DNA of 44,152 nucleotides from Candidatus Alloclostridium intestinigallinarum. Lineage in GTDB: Bacteria; Bacillota; Clostridia; Christensenellales; UBA3700. Below, in pieces: positions 8,528-16,128 of this stretch. The notes under the pieces were generated by a model. It searched no databases, had not been told where the DNA came from, and saw only the letters and a program-made list of their open reading frames with translations. Location: NCBI GenBank assembly GCA_904393845.1, contig CAJFNB010000003.1, forward strand, positions 1-44,152. The letters run 5' to 3'. Position numbers and translations under genes: made by a program. Position 1 is the first letter of the stretch, and every line of letters starts with the position of its first letter.

Positions 8528-8539
8528 TACAATGCTCTT

Positions 8540-8614
8540 AGGGGAGTGGCTCAACGGTAGAGTAGTGGTCTCCAAAACCATTGGTTGCGTGTTCGAATCG
8601 CGTCTCCCCTGCCA
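8540..8614 (+). tRNA. tRNA-Trp (anticodon CCA)
   Basis: Acceptor AGGGGAG/CTCCCCT, D arm GCTC/GAGT, anticodon arm GTGGT-CTCCAAA-ACCAT, GTTCGAATC T loop, encoded 3' CCA. Confidence 0.96.
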
Positions 8615-8905
8615 AACGGCTTACCTGACAGGTAGGTCGTTTTTTTATTACGCTTTTTGGCAGGGAGACGTATCCGACACGCAAAGCTTACTCTGTAAGC
8701 ATGTTGCGTTGCACGCGATCGGCTCCAGCTGACTATGATTCAGTATTTTCAGTCCGCTCGCTGTAAGGCGAATCGCGTCTCCCCTGCCAAACGGCTTACC
8801 TGACAGGTAGGTCGTTTTTTTATTACGTTTTGGCAGGGAAACGTATCCGACACGCAAAGCTTACTCTATAAGCCGGTTGCGTTGCACGCGTTTTCCATTG
8901 CCAAA
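8594..8905. repeat. Tandem ~123-bp direct repeat (8594-8717 and 8769-8890) containing the tRNA 3' end, the terminator and an inverted tRNA 3'-half copy
   Basis: CGAATCGCGTCTCCCCTGCCAAACGGCTTACCTGACAGGTAGGTCG... occurs twice, 175 bp apart; inverted degenerate copies of 8585-8616 lie at 8656-8684 and 8829-8857. Confidence 0.92.
8614..8646 (+). terminator. tRNA-Trp intrinsic terminator (duplicated at about 8789-8821)
   Basis: AAACGGCTTACCTG/CAGGTAGGTCGTTT stem followed by a T-run. Confidence 0.75.
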
Positions 8906-8965
8906 CGTTATCAGTTTCTATTTTATTTGATTATACGCCAATTACCCGAAAAAGTAAAGCGATAG

Positions 8966-9757
8966 CTATCCCAAAGCTACGTCCAGAGTCATCATCAGGA
9001 CAAATCCTATCATTGCTCCCCAGGTGCCCAGATGCGAGTGTTCGGACAGACGGGCATCGGGAATAAGGTCTTCGACTACCACAAAAATCATAGCTCCCGC
9101 CGCAAAAGACAGCAGCCAGGGCTGTGCCGACGTAAGATTGGAAGCAAGAAAATAACCGATAACCGCAAAAACCGGTTCGACGGCTCCACTGCCGGATCCG
9201 TATAGAAAGGCTTTGAATTTGCTTCCAGTAGCGTTTTTCATGGGAAGAGATATCGCCGCACCTTCCGGGAAGTTTTGAATTGCCATGCCGACGGCAAGAC
9301 CGAAAGCCGCGGCATAGGCTCCGTGATCACCTGAAACGGCAGCCGCTCCGAATGCAAAACCTACGGCAAGTCCTTCGGGGATATTGTGGATGGTAACCGC
9401 CAGAAATAACTTCAAAGGTTTATTAAGATGGTTGTGTATGCCCTCTTCCGTTCCGGTACCGCCGTGGATATGCGGGACAAGTTTGTCGATTATCAAAAGA
9501 AACAAGCCGCCGAGAATAAAGCCGACCGCCGCTGGAACAAACGAGAATTTTCCGAAACTTTCACCTGCGCCGTCGATTGACGGAATAAGCAGCGACCAGA
9601 CGGAAGCGGCAACCATCACTCCGGAAGCAAAGCCGAGAAAGAGCGTATTCAGTTTGCCTGAAATTTCTTTCCTGAATAAGAAAACAAGCGCCGCACCTGC
9701 AGTCGTTGCCGCGAAAATTATCAAAAAACCTGCTATGGTTAAAGCCGTATTGCTCAT
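8966..9757 (-). CDS. ZIP (GufA/ZupT) family divalent metal transporter
   Basis: GFASGVM, HNIPEGLAVG, QNFPEG and FAAGAMIFVVVEDLIP motifs; His-rich loop. Confidence 0.93.
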   Translation of the reverse strand: MSNTALTIAGFLIIFAATTAGAALVFLFRKEISGKLNTLFLGFASGVMVAASVWSLLIPSIDGAGESFGKFSFVPAAVGFILGGLFLLIIDKLVPHIHGGTGTEEGIHNHLNKPLKLFLAVTIHNIPEGLAVGFAFGAAAVSGDHGAYAAAFGLAVGMAIQNFPEGAAISLPMKNATGSKFKAFLYGSGSGAVEPVFAVIGYFLASNLTSAQPWLLSFAAGAMIFVVVEDLIPDARLSEHSHLGTWGAMIGFVLMMTLDVALG

Positions 9758-9764
9758 TTAATGC

Positions 9765-10391
9765 CTATTTTTCTGCAATAGCGCATATGCGGCCGTCTGT
9801 TTCGATATAGATCTTCACGTTGGAAAAGCCTGTTTTGCCGAGAAGTCCTCTTAAAGATTCTTCATCGTAAACGGTCATATCCAGCATCTTACTTCGCTTA
9901 CCGGGAATCCACTCCGCTCCGCCGGCGTCATTGCAGATAAAAAATCTGCCGCCTTTGGCAAGCGTTCTGAAAATTTCCGAAAAAGCAACCTCTATCGGCT
10001 TCCAGAAATATATCGTTTCAAAAGCCGTAATAAGGTCGAATTTATTATCGTCGAACGCGAGTTTAGTTACGTCACCCTGCTCTACGACGCATCTACCTTC
10101 TTTTACCGCCTTTTTGTTATGTTTCAGACTTTTATTCACGCTGACTGTTGAATAGTCCAGACCGAACACCGTTGCATTCGGGCAGTTGCATAGTAAACGC
10201 GAAATATTCGCTCCGCCGCCGCAACCGACGTCCATCACCGCGCGCATTTCCGAAAGTTCGGCGTCTTTTGCAAGCAAGTCAAAACCCCATTCGGCAAGGC
10301 GGGCGTGCCCGAATCTGTTCATTCGGGAAAGAAGGAGTTTTCCGCCTAGTCCTTCCGGCTTGCGGGCATTTAAATAAAACTTGTCAAACAT
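9765..10391 (-). CDS. Class I SAM-dependent methyltransferase
   Basis: MDVGCGGG motif I, GLDYS, GDV, FDLITAFETIYFW and LAKGG. Confidence 0.9.
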   Translation of the reverse strand: MFDKFYLNARKPEGLGGKLLLSRMNRFGHARLAEWGFDLLAKDAELSEMRAVMDVGCGGGANISRLLCNCPNATVFGLDYSTVSVNKSLKHNKKAVKEGRCVVEQGDVTKLAFDDNKFDLITAFETIYFWKPIEVAFSEIFRTLAKGGRFFICNDAGGAEWIPGKRSKMLDMTVYDEESLRGLLGKTGFSNVKIYIETDGRICAIAEK

Positions 10392-10426
10392 AATTCTCCT
10401 ATGTTTATATTGCTGAACTTAGTAAC

Positions 10427-10455
10427 ATTATATTATAAAAGCGTTGAAAACGCAA
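10427..10455 (-). promoter_or_regulatory. sigmaA promoter of the methyltransferase-ZIP pair
   Basis: Minus strand TTGCGT-17-TATAAT. Confidence 0.55.
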
Positions 10456-10525
10456 GGTAAAAGTGAAAAATGTTTCAACTACGGGATTATGCCGCCTGAT
10501 ATGTATGTCCGCTGACGCGGACCGA

Positions 10526-11803
10526 TTATTTATTGGGGTTGAAGCCTGAAGACGAGCAGACATTTTTTTCTCTTCCGACCTGAACGTTGTCGCATTTAAC
10601 GTCAGTAAGCTGTGGTACGGGATTTTTTTTGGTTTCAAAGCGGTAGTCTCTGCCGAAGTTGTCGATGTGTTCGCATATGACCTTGTGCGAAGGCGCGCAT
10701 TCCGGTTTCGGCATAATTTGCTTTTGGTACGTGAAGAAAGCCGCATTGGACGGAATATCGTCAAGCAAGGCGTATTCTTCCCCTATTGAGGTATATTGAA
10801 CGGTGTTTTTGAGTATTTCACGCACATATTCGATATTTTCATGCAGGGAAAGCGGTTCGGGGAATTCGCCGTCCAGTATGACTTCGCACGCTTCTTTCTT
10901 TTCGAACTTTTTCAGAAGTTCCGCCGTTTTGTGCAGATGGGATACTTCTATCACATAATTTTTCTCCCAAAGAGCCTTTATATAGTCGTCCGTTTCAGTC
11001 ATATAGCACGACCAGTACAGATAACATTCGGTATATTCGTGCCAAAGAGCCGTCTCAAGCCAACTGCCGCAGGGATCCATCAGATCTTCGTACTGGGTAA
11101 CGTGTTCTTCTTCCACAAGCGCGATTTCGCGGTAAAGTTTGCGGGAGAGCGAATCTTTTGCGAGCGTTGTCACGTTCATATAATAATTCATCGTCTGCTG
11201 TTCGGCGGCGGTGATTATCATGGTGGCAAGTGTAGTCATAGTGTCCGCAGACTTCGAGTTTATGGGGCGGCGAACGTTATCCATCGGATGGCGGTGATGA
11301 GCTACGGTAGGACGTCCGGGCATGACCTCGGTGTATTTTCCTACCAACTGTTCGGCAAGCACTCCTTCACGCATTTCCAGCAAATCGGCGTAGCGGTACA
11401 AGTGGTCAAAATCTTCCAAAAGCGCAAAGTCGAGGGCTTTTTTGACATAAAAGTCTTTTTCGCGCTTGGCAAGTTCCGCCGTGAGGTCTACCGCAAGCTG
11501 TTCATACCCTATCGTATGTTCAAGCTGACTTTCATCTTCCGGTTTTAACAGCGATATATCCAGCTGCTGATTCTTTTCCTGCATTCTTTTTGCCGCCATT
11601 TCGCGTCGCAAATCGGTATTGTTTGTGTGGCGTGCCGCCTGGTGGCAGAACCAGTTGGCTTCAAATTCCGTACCGTTCATAAGTATAATCCTTGTTCTGG
11701 TATACGGATTAACTTCATGTTTGTTATACGGTTTGGTATAATTCTTTTCTCTGTCGGTAAACAGCGATTGAATTTTTGCGGGTTTTTCTTTGAAAGGATT
11801 CAC
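10526..11803 (-). CDS. Conserved hypothetical protein with repeated ferritin-like (ExxH) helix pairs
   Basis: EDFDH, EEEH and EVSH motifs, each preceded by a Glu-bearing helix; GGAGG RBS before the GTG start. Confidence 0.7.
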   Translation of the reverse strand: MNPFKEKPAKIQSLFTDREKNYTKPYNKHEVNPYTRTRIILMNGTEFEANWFCHQAARHTNNTDLRREMAAKRMQEKNQQLDISLLKPEDESQLEHTIGYEQLAVDLTAELAKREKDFYVKKALDFALLEDFDHLYRYADLLEMREGVLAEQLVGKYTEVMPGRPTVAHHRHPMDNVRRPINSKSADTMTTLATMIITAAEQQTMNYYMNVTTLAKDSLSRKLYREIALVEEEHVTQYEDLMDPCGSWLETALWHEYTECYLYWSCYMTETDDYIKALWEKNYVIEVSHLHKTAELLKKFEKKEACEVILDGEFPEPLSLHENIEYVREILKNTVQYTSIGEEYALLDDIPSNAAFFTYQKQIMPKPECAPSHKVICEHIDNFGRDYRFETKKNPVPQLTDVKCDNVQVGREKNVCSSSGFNPNK

Positions 11804-11835
11804 GATATTACCTCCGTTTAATTGTTTTGCAACGT

Positions 11836-11864
11836 AATTATTGCCGAAAAAATAAAAATTAAGC
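11836..11864 (-). promoter_or_regulatory. Candidate forespore (sigmaF/sigmaG-type) promoter
   Basis: Minus strand GCTTA-14-GGCAATAATT resembles the sigmaF consensus GYWTA-15-GGnnAnAHTw. Confidence 0.4.
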
Positions 11865-11907
11865 GGAGAAATCGCTATATGATTACAACCGATATGACAG
11901 ATATATC

Positions 11908-11934
11908 AAAAAAGGCGGCGCATTGCGCGCCGCC
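11908..11934 (-). terminator. Terminator of the alcohol dehydrogenase gene
   Basis: GGCGGCGC/GCGCCGCC stem with a U6 tract on the minus strand. Confidence 0.8.
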
Positions 11935-11958
11935 CATTCAGTTTGTAAAATAATCTGA

Positions 11959-13170
11959 TTAGAAGTCGATTTCCTTGTCGTAGTAAACGGCAAGCAGGAG
12001 CTTTTCCATTTCTTCCTGGGAAGGTTGACGGGGATTGGATCCCGTGCAGGCGTCGCCGATAGCGTTCTTTGCAACTTCGGGAAGCTTTGCGAGGAATTCC
12101 TTTTCGTCAATGATGGAAGCGTCGGCTTTCACGCCGCCTTCGCCGTAGTACTTGATTGCCTGGGGAATATTCAGCTGATCGTTCATGTCGCGCAGCATCT
12201 GAATGAGCGCTTTGACGAGTTCTTCCGTGCCGTTGCCTTCAAGATGCAGGAATTTTGCGATTTCCGCATATCTCTCAGCTGCTTCCGGCACCTTTGCGTT
12301 GTAAGCGATGACCTTAGGCAGATACATTGCGTTTGCGCAGCCGTGGATAATATGTCCGCCGCTGTAAGCCGCACCCGTCTTGTGCGCCATGGAGTGAACG
12401 ATACCCAGGAGCGCATTGGAGAACGCCATACCCGCCAGGCACTGTGCGTCGTGCATATTCTTGCGCGCTTCCATGTCGCCTTCATAGGAGTTCTTCAGGT
12501 CGGAAGCAATCATCTTGATTGCCCACAGCGCGAGCGGATCGGTGTAATTGCAGTGAAGCGTGGAAACGTAAGCCTCTATAGCATGGGTCATTGCGTCCAT
12601 GCCGGTATGGGCAGTCAGCTTGGGAGGCATGGTTTCGGCAAGAGCGGGATCCACGATGGCGACGTCAGGGGTAATGTTGAAGTCAGCCAGAGGATACTTT
12701 ATGCCCTTGTGATAGTCGGTAATAACCGAGAATGCGGTAACTTCGGTCGCCGTACCGGATGTGGAAGGGATAGCGCAGAATTTAGCCTTGGTACGCAGTG
12801 TAGGGAAAGAGAAAGGCTGGATAATGTCGTCAAAACTGGTGTCGGGATATTCATAGAACACCCACATAGCCTTGGCGGCATCAATAGGTGAACCGCCGCC
12901 CATAGCGACAATCCAGTCGGGCTCGAATTCGCGCATTATCTCCGCGCCCCTCATAACAGTTTCGACGGAAGGATCGGGTTCAACGTTCTCGATAAGTTTA
13001 ACGTCCATACCTGCTTGATTGAGGTAGCCGACCGCTTTGTCTACAAAGCCGAATCTTTTCATGCTTCCGCCGCCCAGAACGAGAACGGCGCGTTTGCCTT
13101 TAAGGTTGGAAAGTTCTGCCAGAGCGTTCTCGCCGTGATAGAGATCGCGAGGCAAAGTAAAACGTCCCAT
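11959..13170 (-). CDS. Iron-containing alcohol (butanol) dehydrogenase
   Basis: VEPDP, AMGGGSPIDAAK, PSTSGTATEVT, DAMTHAIE, GIVHSMAH and HGCANA motifs. Confidence 0.95.
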   Translation of the reverse strand: MGRFTLPRDLYHGENALAELSNLKGKRAVLVLGGGSMKRFGFVDKAVGYLNQAGMDVKLIENVEPDPSVETVMRGAEIMREFEPDWIVAMGGGSPIDAAKAMWVFYEYPDTSFDDIIQPFSFPTLRTKAKFCAIPSTSGTATEVTAFSVITDYHKGIKYPLADFNITPDVAIVDPALAETMPPKLTAHTGMDAMTHAIEAYVSTLHCNYTDPLALWAIKMIASDLKNSYEGDMEARKNMHDAQCLAGMAFSNALLGIVHSMAHKTGAAYSGGHIIHGCANAMYLPKVIAYNAKVPEAAERYAEIAKFLHLEGNGTEELVKALIQMLRDMNDQLNIPQAIKYYGEGGVKADASIIDEKEFLAKLPEVAKNAIGDACTGSNPRQPSQEEMEKLLLAVYYDKEIDF

Positions 13171-13186
13171 AGTTTACCTCCGTAGT

Positions 13187-13237
13187 CTGTTATTTTTTTA
13201 TCAAACATAATATACCACTTTTTCGGATAAATATCAA
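13187..13237 (-). promoter_or_regulatory. sigmaA promoter with a downstream Rex operator
   Basis: TTGATA-17-TATATT (extended TG) on the minus strand; 18-bp CTGTTA-TTTTTT-TATCAA at 13187-13204 matches TTGTTA-W6-TAACAA with 2 mismatches. Confidence 0.65.
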
Positions 13238-13365
13238 TACCCAATTATCAAAATTTTACTTAATTTACAATATTATTTTTCCCGCTTTACATATTTCGCA
13301 GTTTTATTACAATGTGTAATAAAAAAGTGCGAATCGCGGCGGTGTCGCAGCAATTTTCAAATAAT

Positions 13366-13388
13366 AAAGCGGCCTGTAAAGACCGCTT
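13366..13388 (-). terminator. Probable purB terminator
   Basis: AAGCGGCCT/AGACCGCTT imperfect stem with an A-rich flank on the plus strand. Confidence 0.55.
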
Positions 13389-13417
13389 GCGTTAACGTTT
13401 GCAAATTGATGATATCA

Positions 13418-14845
13418 TCACACGGATATATGCGATGTCGCGCCAAGGCAGTCCTTGTTCTTTTCAAGCAAGGGTTTTACCTCGTCGCGCAGATATTCGA
13501 GGGTTTGTTCCTTCGCCCTTCCGATAAAGTTTTCGGGTGCAAGCAAACCGTCGATTCTGTCTTTGATGGCGTCGAACGCGGGGTCTGCCTTGATACGGTC
13601 GATAAGGTCGTTGTCGCCGCCCTGCTCCTTCACGACGCGAGCCGCGTCCATAGAATGTTCGCGGATAAGCTCGTGCAGTTCCTGCCTGTCGCCGCCCGCT
13701 TTAACGCATTCCATAAGAATGACTTCCGTCGACATAAACGGCAGTTCAGCCATAATGTGTTTTCTTATCGTCTTTTCGTAAACGACAAGCCCGTCTGCAA
13801 CGTTGAGATACAGTTCGAGAATCGCGTCGAGGGAAAGGAAGGTCTGCGCCATAACGAGTCTGCGGTTAGCGGAATCGTCGAGTGTGCGTTCCAGCCACTG
13901 TGTACCGGCGGTGATTGCCGCGTTAACAGGCAGGGACACGGCGTAGCGCGCAAGGGAGCAAATGCGCTCACTGCGCATAGGATTGCGTTTGTACGCCATT
14001 GCCGAAGAACCTATCTGGGACTTTTCAAACGGCTCTTCTATCTCCTTCATATTCTGGAGCAGGCGAATGTCGTTGCCGAATTTGTAAGCGCTCTGGGCGA
14101 TTTGCGAAAGAACGCTCAGAATATTGTAATCGTATTTGCGGGTATATGTTTGTCCGGAAAGAGCGAATTTGTTCTTGAACCCCATCTTTTCGACGACCAT
14201 TTTATCAAGCTGTTTCACCTTTTCGTGGTCGCCGTCGAACAGCTGCAGGAAACTTGCCTGCGTACCCGTTGTGCCTTTGGCGCCGCGCAGACGGGTGTTT
14301 TCTATCGCATGGTCGAGGTTTTCAAGATCGAGCATCAGGTCCTGAATCCACAGGCTTGCCCTTTTTCCCACCGTCACCAGCTGCGCGGGCTGAAGATGCG
14401 TAAATCCGAGCGTAGGCAGACCCGCATATTTCTCGGCGAATTTGGAGAGCGCATTGATAACGTTTATCACCTTCTTGCGCAGCATTACAAGTCCGTCGTG
14501 ATATATTATGGCGTCGGAATTGTCCGTAACGTAACAGCTGGTTGCGCCCAGATGGATTATGGGCATAGCCGCGGGACATTGCTGACCATAGGCGTAGACG
14601 TAAGCCATAACGTCATGGCGCACTACTTTTTCCCTTGCCCGTGCCACGTCGAAGTTGATGTCGGAAACATGCTCCTTCATCTGTGCAATCTGTTCGTCGG
14701 TAATATTCAGTCCCAGCTCCTTTTCGCTTTCAGCAAGAGCTATCCACAGCTTGCGCCAGAGCACCATGCGGTGTTCTTCACTGAAATTTTCAAGCATGGG
14801 CTTGGTTGCGTAACGTGTTGTCAACGGATCGGTATAAGTTGCCAT
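13418..14845 (-). CDS. purB: Adenylosuccinate lyase
   Basis: RHDVMA, IHLGATS, FTHLQPAQ, GSSAMAYKRNP signature and ERTLDDSA. Confidence 0.97.
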   Translation of the reverse strand: MATYTDPLTTRYATKPMLENFSEEHRMVLWRKLWIALAESEKELGLNITDEQIAQMKEHVSDINFDVARAREKVVRHDVMAYVYAYGQQCPAAMPIIHLGATSCYVTDNSDAIIYHDGLVMLRKKVINVINALSKFAEKYAGLPTLGFTHLQPAQLVTVGKRASLWIQDLMLDLENLDHAIENTRLRGAKGTTGTQASFLQLFDGDHEKVKQLDKMVVEKMGFKNKFALSGQTYTRKYDYNILSVLSQIAQSAYKFGNDIRLLQNMKEIEEPFEKSQIGSSAMAYKRNPMRSERICSLARYAVSLPVNAAITAGTQWLERTLDDSANRRLVMAQTFLSLDAILELYLNVADGLVVYEKTIRKHIMAELPFMSTEVILMECVKAGGDRQELHELIREHSMDAARVVKEQGGDNDLIDRIKADPAFDAIKDRIDGLLAPENFIGRAKEQTLEYLRDEVKPLLEKNKDCLGATSHISV

Positions 14846-14941
14846 ATATTTTCACCTCGTAAATTTCCTGCGTATATCTTACAATATCGCGCGGGAAAAT
14901 GCAACTTATTCGCCCGATGCTCCGACATTTATATCAATTTG

Positions 14942-16081
14942 CTATCTTCCCGTCATCCATTCGGCGTAAATTCCGTAACCTTTGGTGGGATCGTCAATGA
15001 GTACGTGGGTCACCGCACCTATCAGTTTTCCGTTCTGGATAATGGGACTTCCACTCATACCCTGCACAATTCCGCCGGCTTTGGCAAGCAGTTCCCTGTC
15101 GGTAACGCGTATGACCATACTCTTGTCCAAAGGGGAATTCTGGCGTTCCGCTTTGATTATTTCTATTTCGTAAAGCCTGGGCGAAGTGCCTGAAAGCGTG
15201 GAATAGATATACGCTTTGCCTGGTTGGACGGTTTCGCGCGCACCTATTTCTATCTGAATCAGATTTTCCGTACTGCCGTTATATTCGCCGAATATGCCGA
15301 AAATATTGTCGGCGTCTATCGTGCCGATATTTCCCGTCTGTTTCGAGTATACCCCCTGCAGTTCGCCGGCTTTGCCGCGCGTGCCGGGTATAACGCCCTT
15401 TATTACGGAAGGATAGATATTTCCCGATTCGGGTTCGACCGTATTGCCGTAGGCGTCCTTCACGGGATGTCCGAGCGCGCCGTATCTGCCGCGGCTGTCG
15501 ACAAAGGTCAGCGTACCTATACCGCTTATTCCCTCCTGCAGCATTACGCCGAGTTTACGCTCGCCGTTTACGGAATCCACCGCGGGAGTTACGGTATAAT
15601 TGGTTCGGTTGCCTGCATGAGATATCGTTATCGTCACGTCGCCTTCCGACGATTTAAGAATACGGGATATATCTTCCGCGCTGCGTACCTGTTCGCCGTT
15701 GATGGCACACAGCAGATCTCCCGAAGAAATTTCAACGCCCTCAAGCGGCGTCACAACGCCGTTTGACGTAACTACACCGACCCTAGAAGTAATTATTACC
15801 CCTTGCGGTCTAATATTTATACCGAGAGGATAACCGCCCAAAAGCACCGTATTTCCACTTTGAGGAAGCGCCGCCGGCATAATTTTCACGCCGCTTTCTG
15901 CGGAATTTCCGATTGTCCCGCCGTAGTTGTAAATTTCTTCCGTTTCCGAAAAAACCGCGCTATATGGCGCGCTTTGCATAGATGGCTTAAAAAATAAACC
16001 GCCCGCCCCGATCAACATAGCGCACGTTAGCACAAGCGCGATTGCGGGGACGAGCAGCCCGGATAAAACTTTTTTGTTCAT
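14942..16081 (-). CDS. spoIVB: SpoIVB serine peptidase (S55)
   Basis: PDZ-like region, GIGTLTF, GALGH, GGIVQGMSGSPIIQNGKLIGAVTHVL and PTKGYG. Confidence 0.95.
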   Translation of the reverse strand: MNKKVLSGLLVPAIALVLTCAMLIGAGGLFFKPSMQSAPYSAVFSETEEIYNYGGTIGNSAESGVKIMPAALPQSGNTVLLGGYPLGINIRPQGVIITSRVGVVTSNGVVTPLEGVEISSGDLLCAINGEQVRSAEDISRILKSSEGDVTITISHAGNRTNYTVTPAVDSVNGERKLGVMLQEGISGIGTLTFVDSRGRYGALGHPVKDAYGNTVEPESGNIYPSVIKGVIPGTRGKAGELQGVYSKQTGNIGTIDADNIFGIFGEYNGSTENLIQIEIGARETVQPGKAYIYSTLSGTSPRLYEIEIIKAERQNSPLDKSMVIRVTDRELLAKAGGIVQGMSGSPIIQNGKLIGAVTHVLIDDPTKGYGIYAEWMTGR

Positions 16082-16098
16082 GCTGCTCTCCTTGCAGA

Positions 16099-16128
16099 TA
16101 GTGTAAGGAAATTACAGCTATTTATTCA
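16099..16128 (-). promoter_or_regulatory. sigmaG-type promoter of spoIVB
   Basis: Minus strand TGAATA-17-TACACTA matches the sigmaG consensus TGHATA-17/18-CATACTA. Confidence 0.7.

Noticed and set aside
8594-8890. CRISPR array or second tRNA gene
   Set aside because: Only two long repeats with no repeat-spacer periodicity and no cas genes; the second copy lacks the D and anticodon arms.
10400-10425. DtxR/MntR-like operator upstream of the methyltransferase-ZIP operon
   Set aside because: Only a weak GTTYA-N6-TRAAC-type symmetry; too degenerate to support.
13406-15193. 595-aa plus-strand ORF
   Set aside because: Antisense shadow of purB and spoIVB with no motifs.
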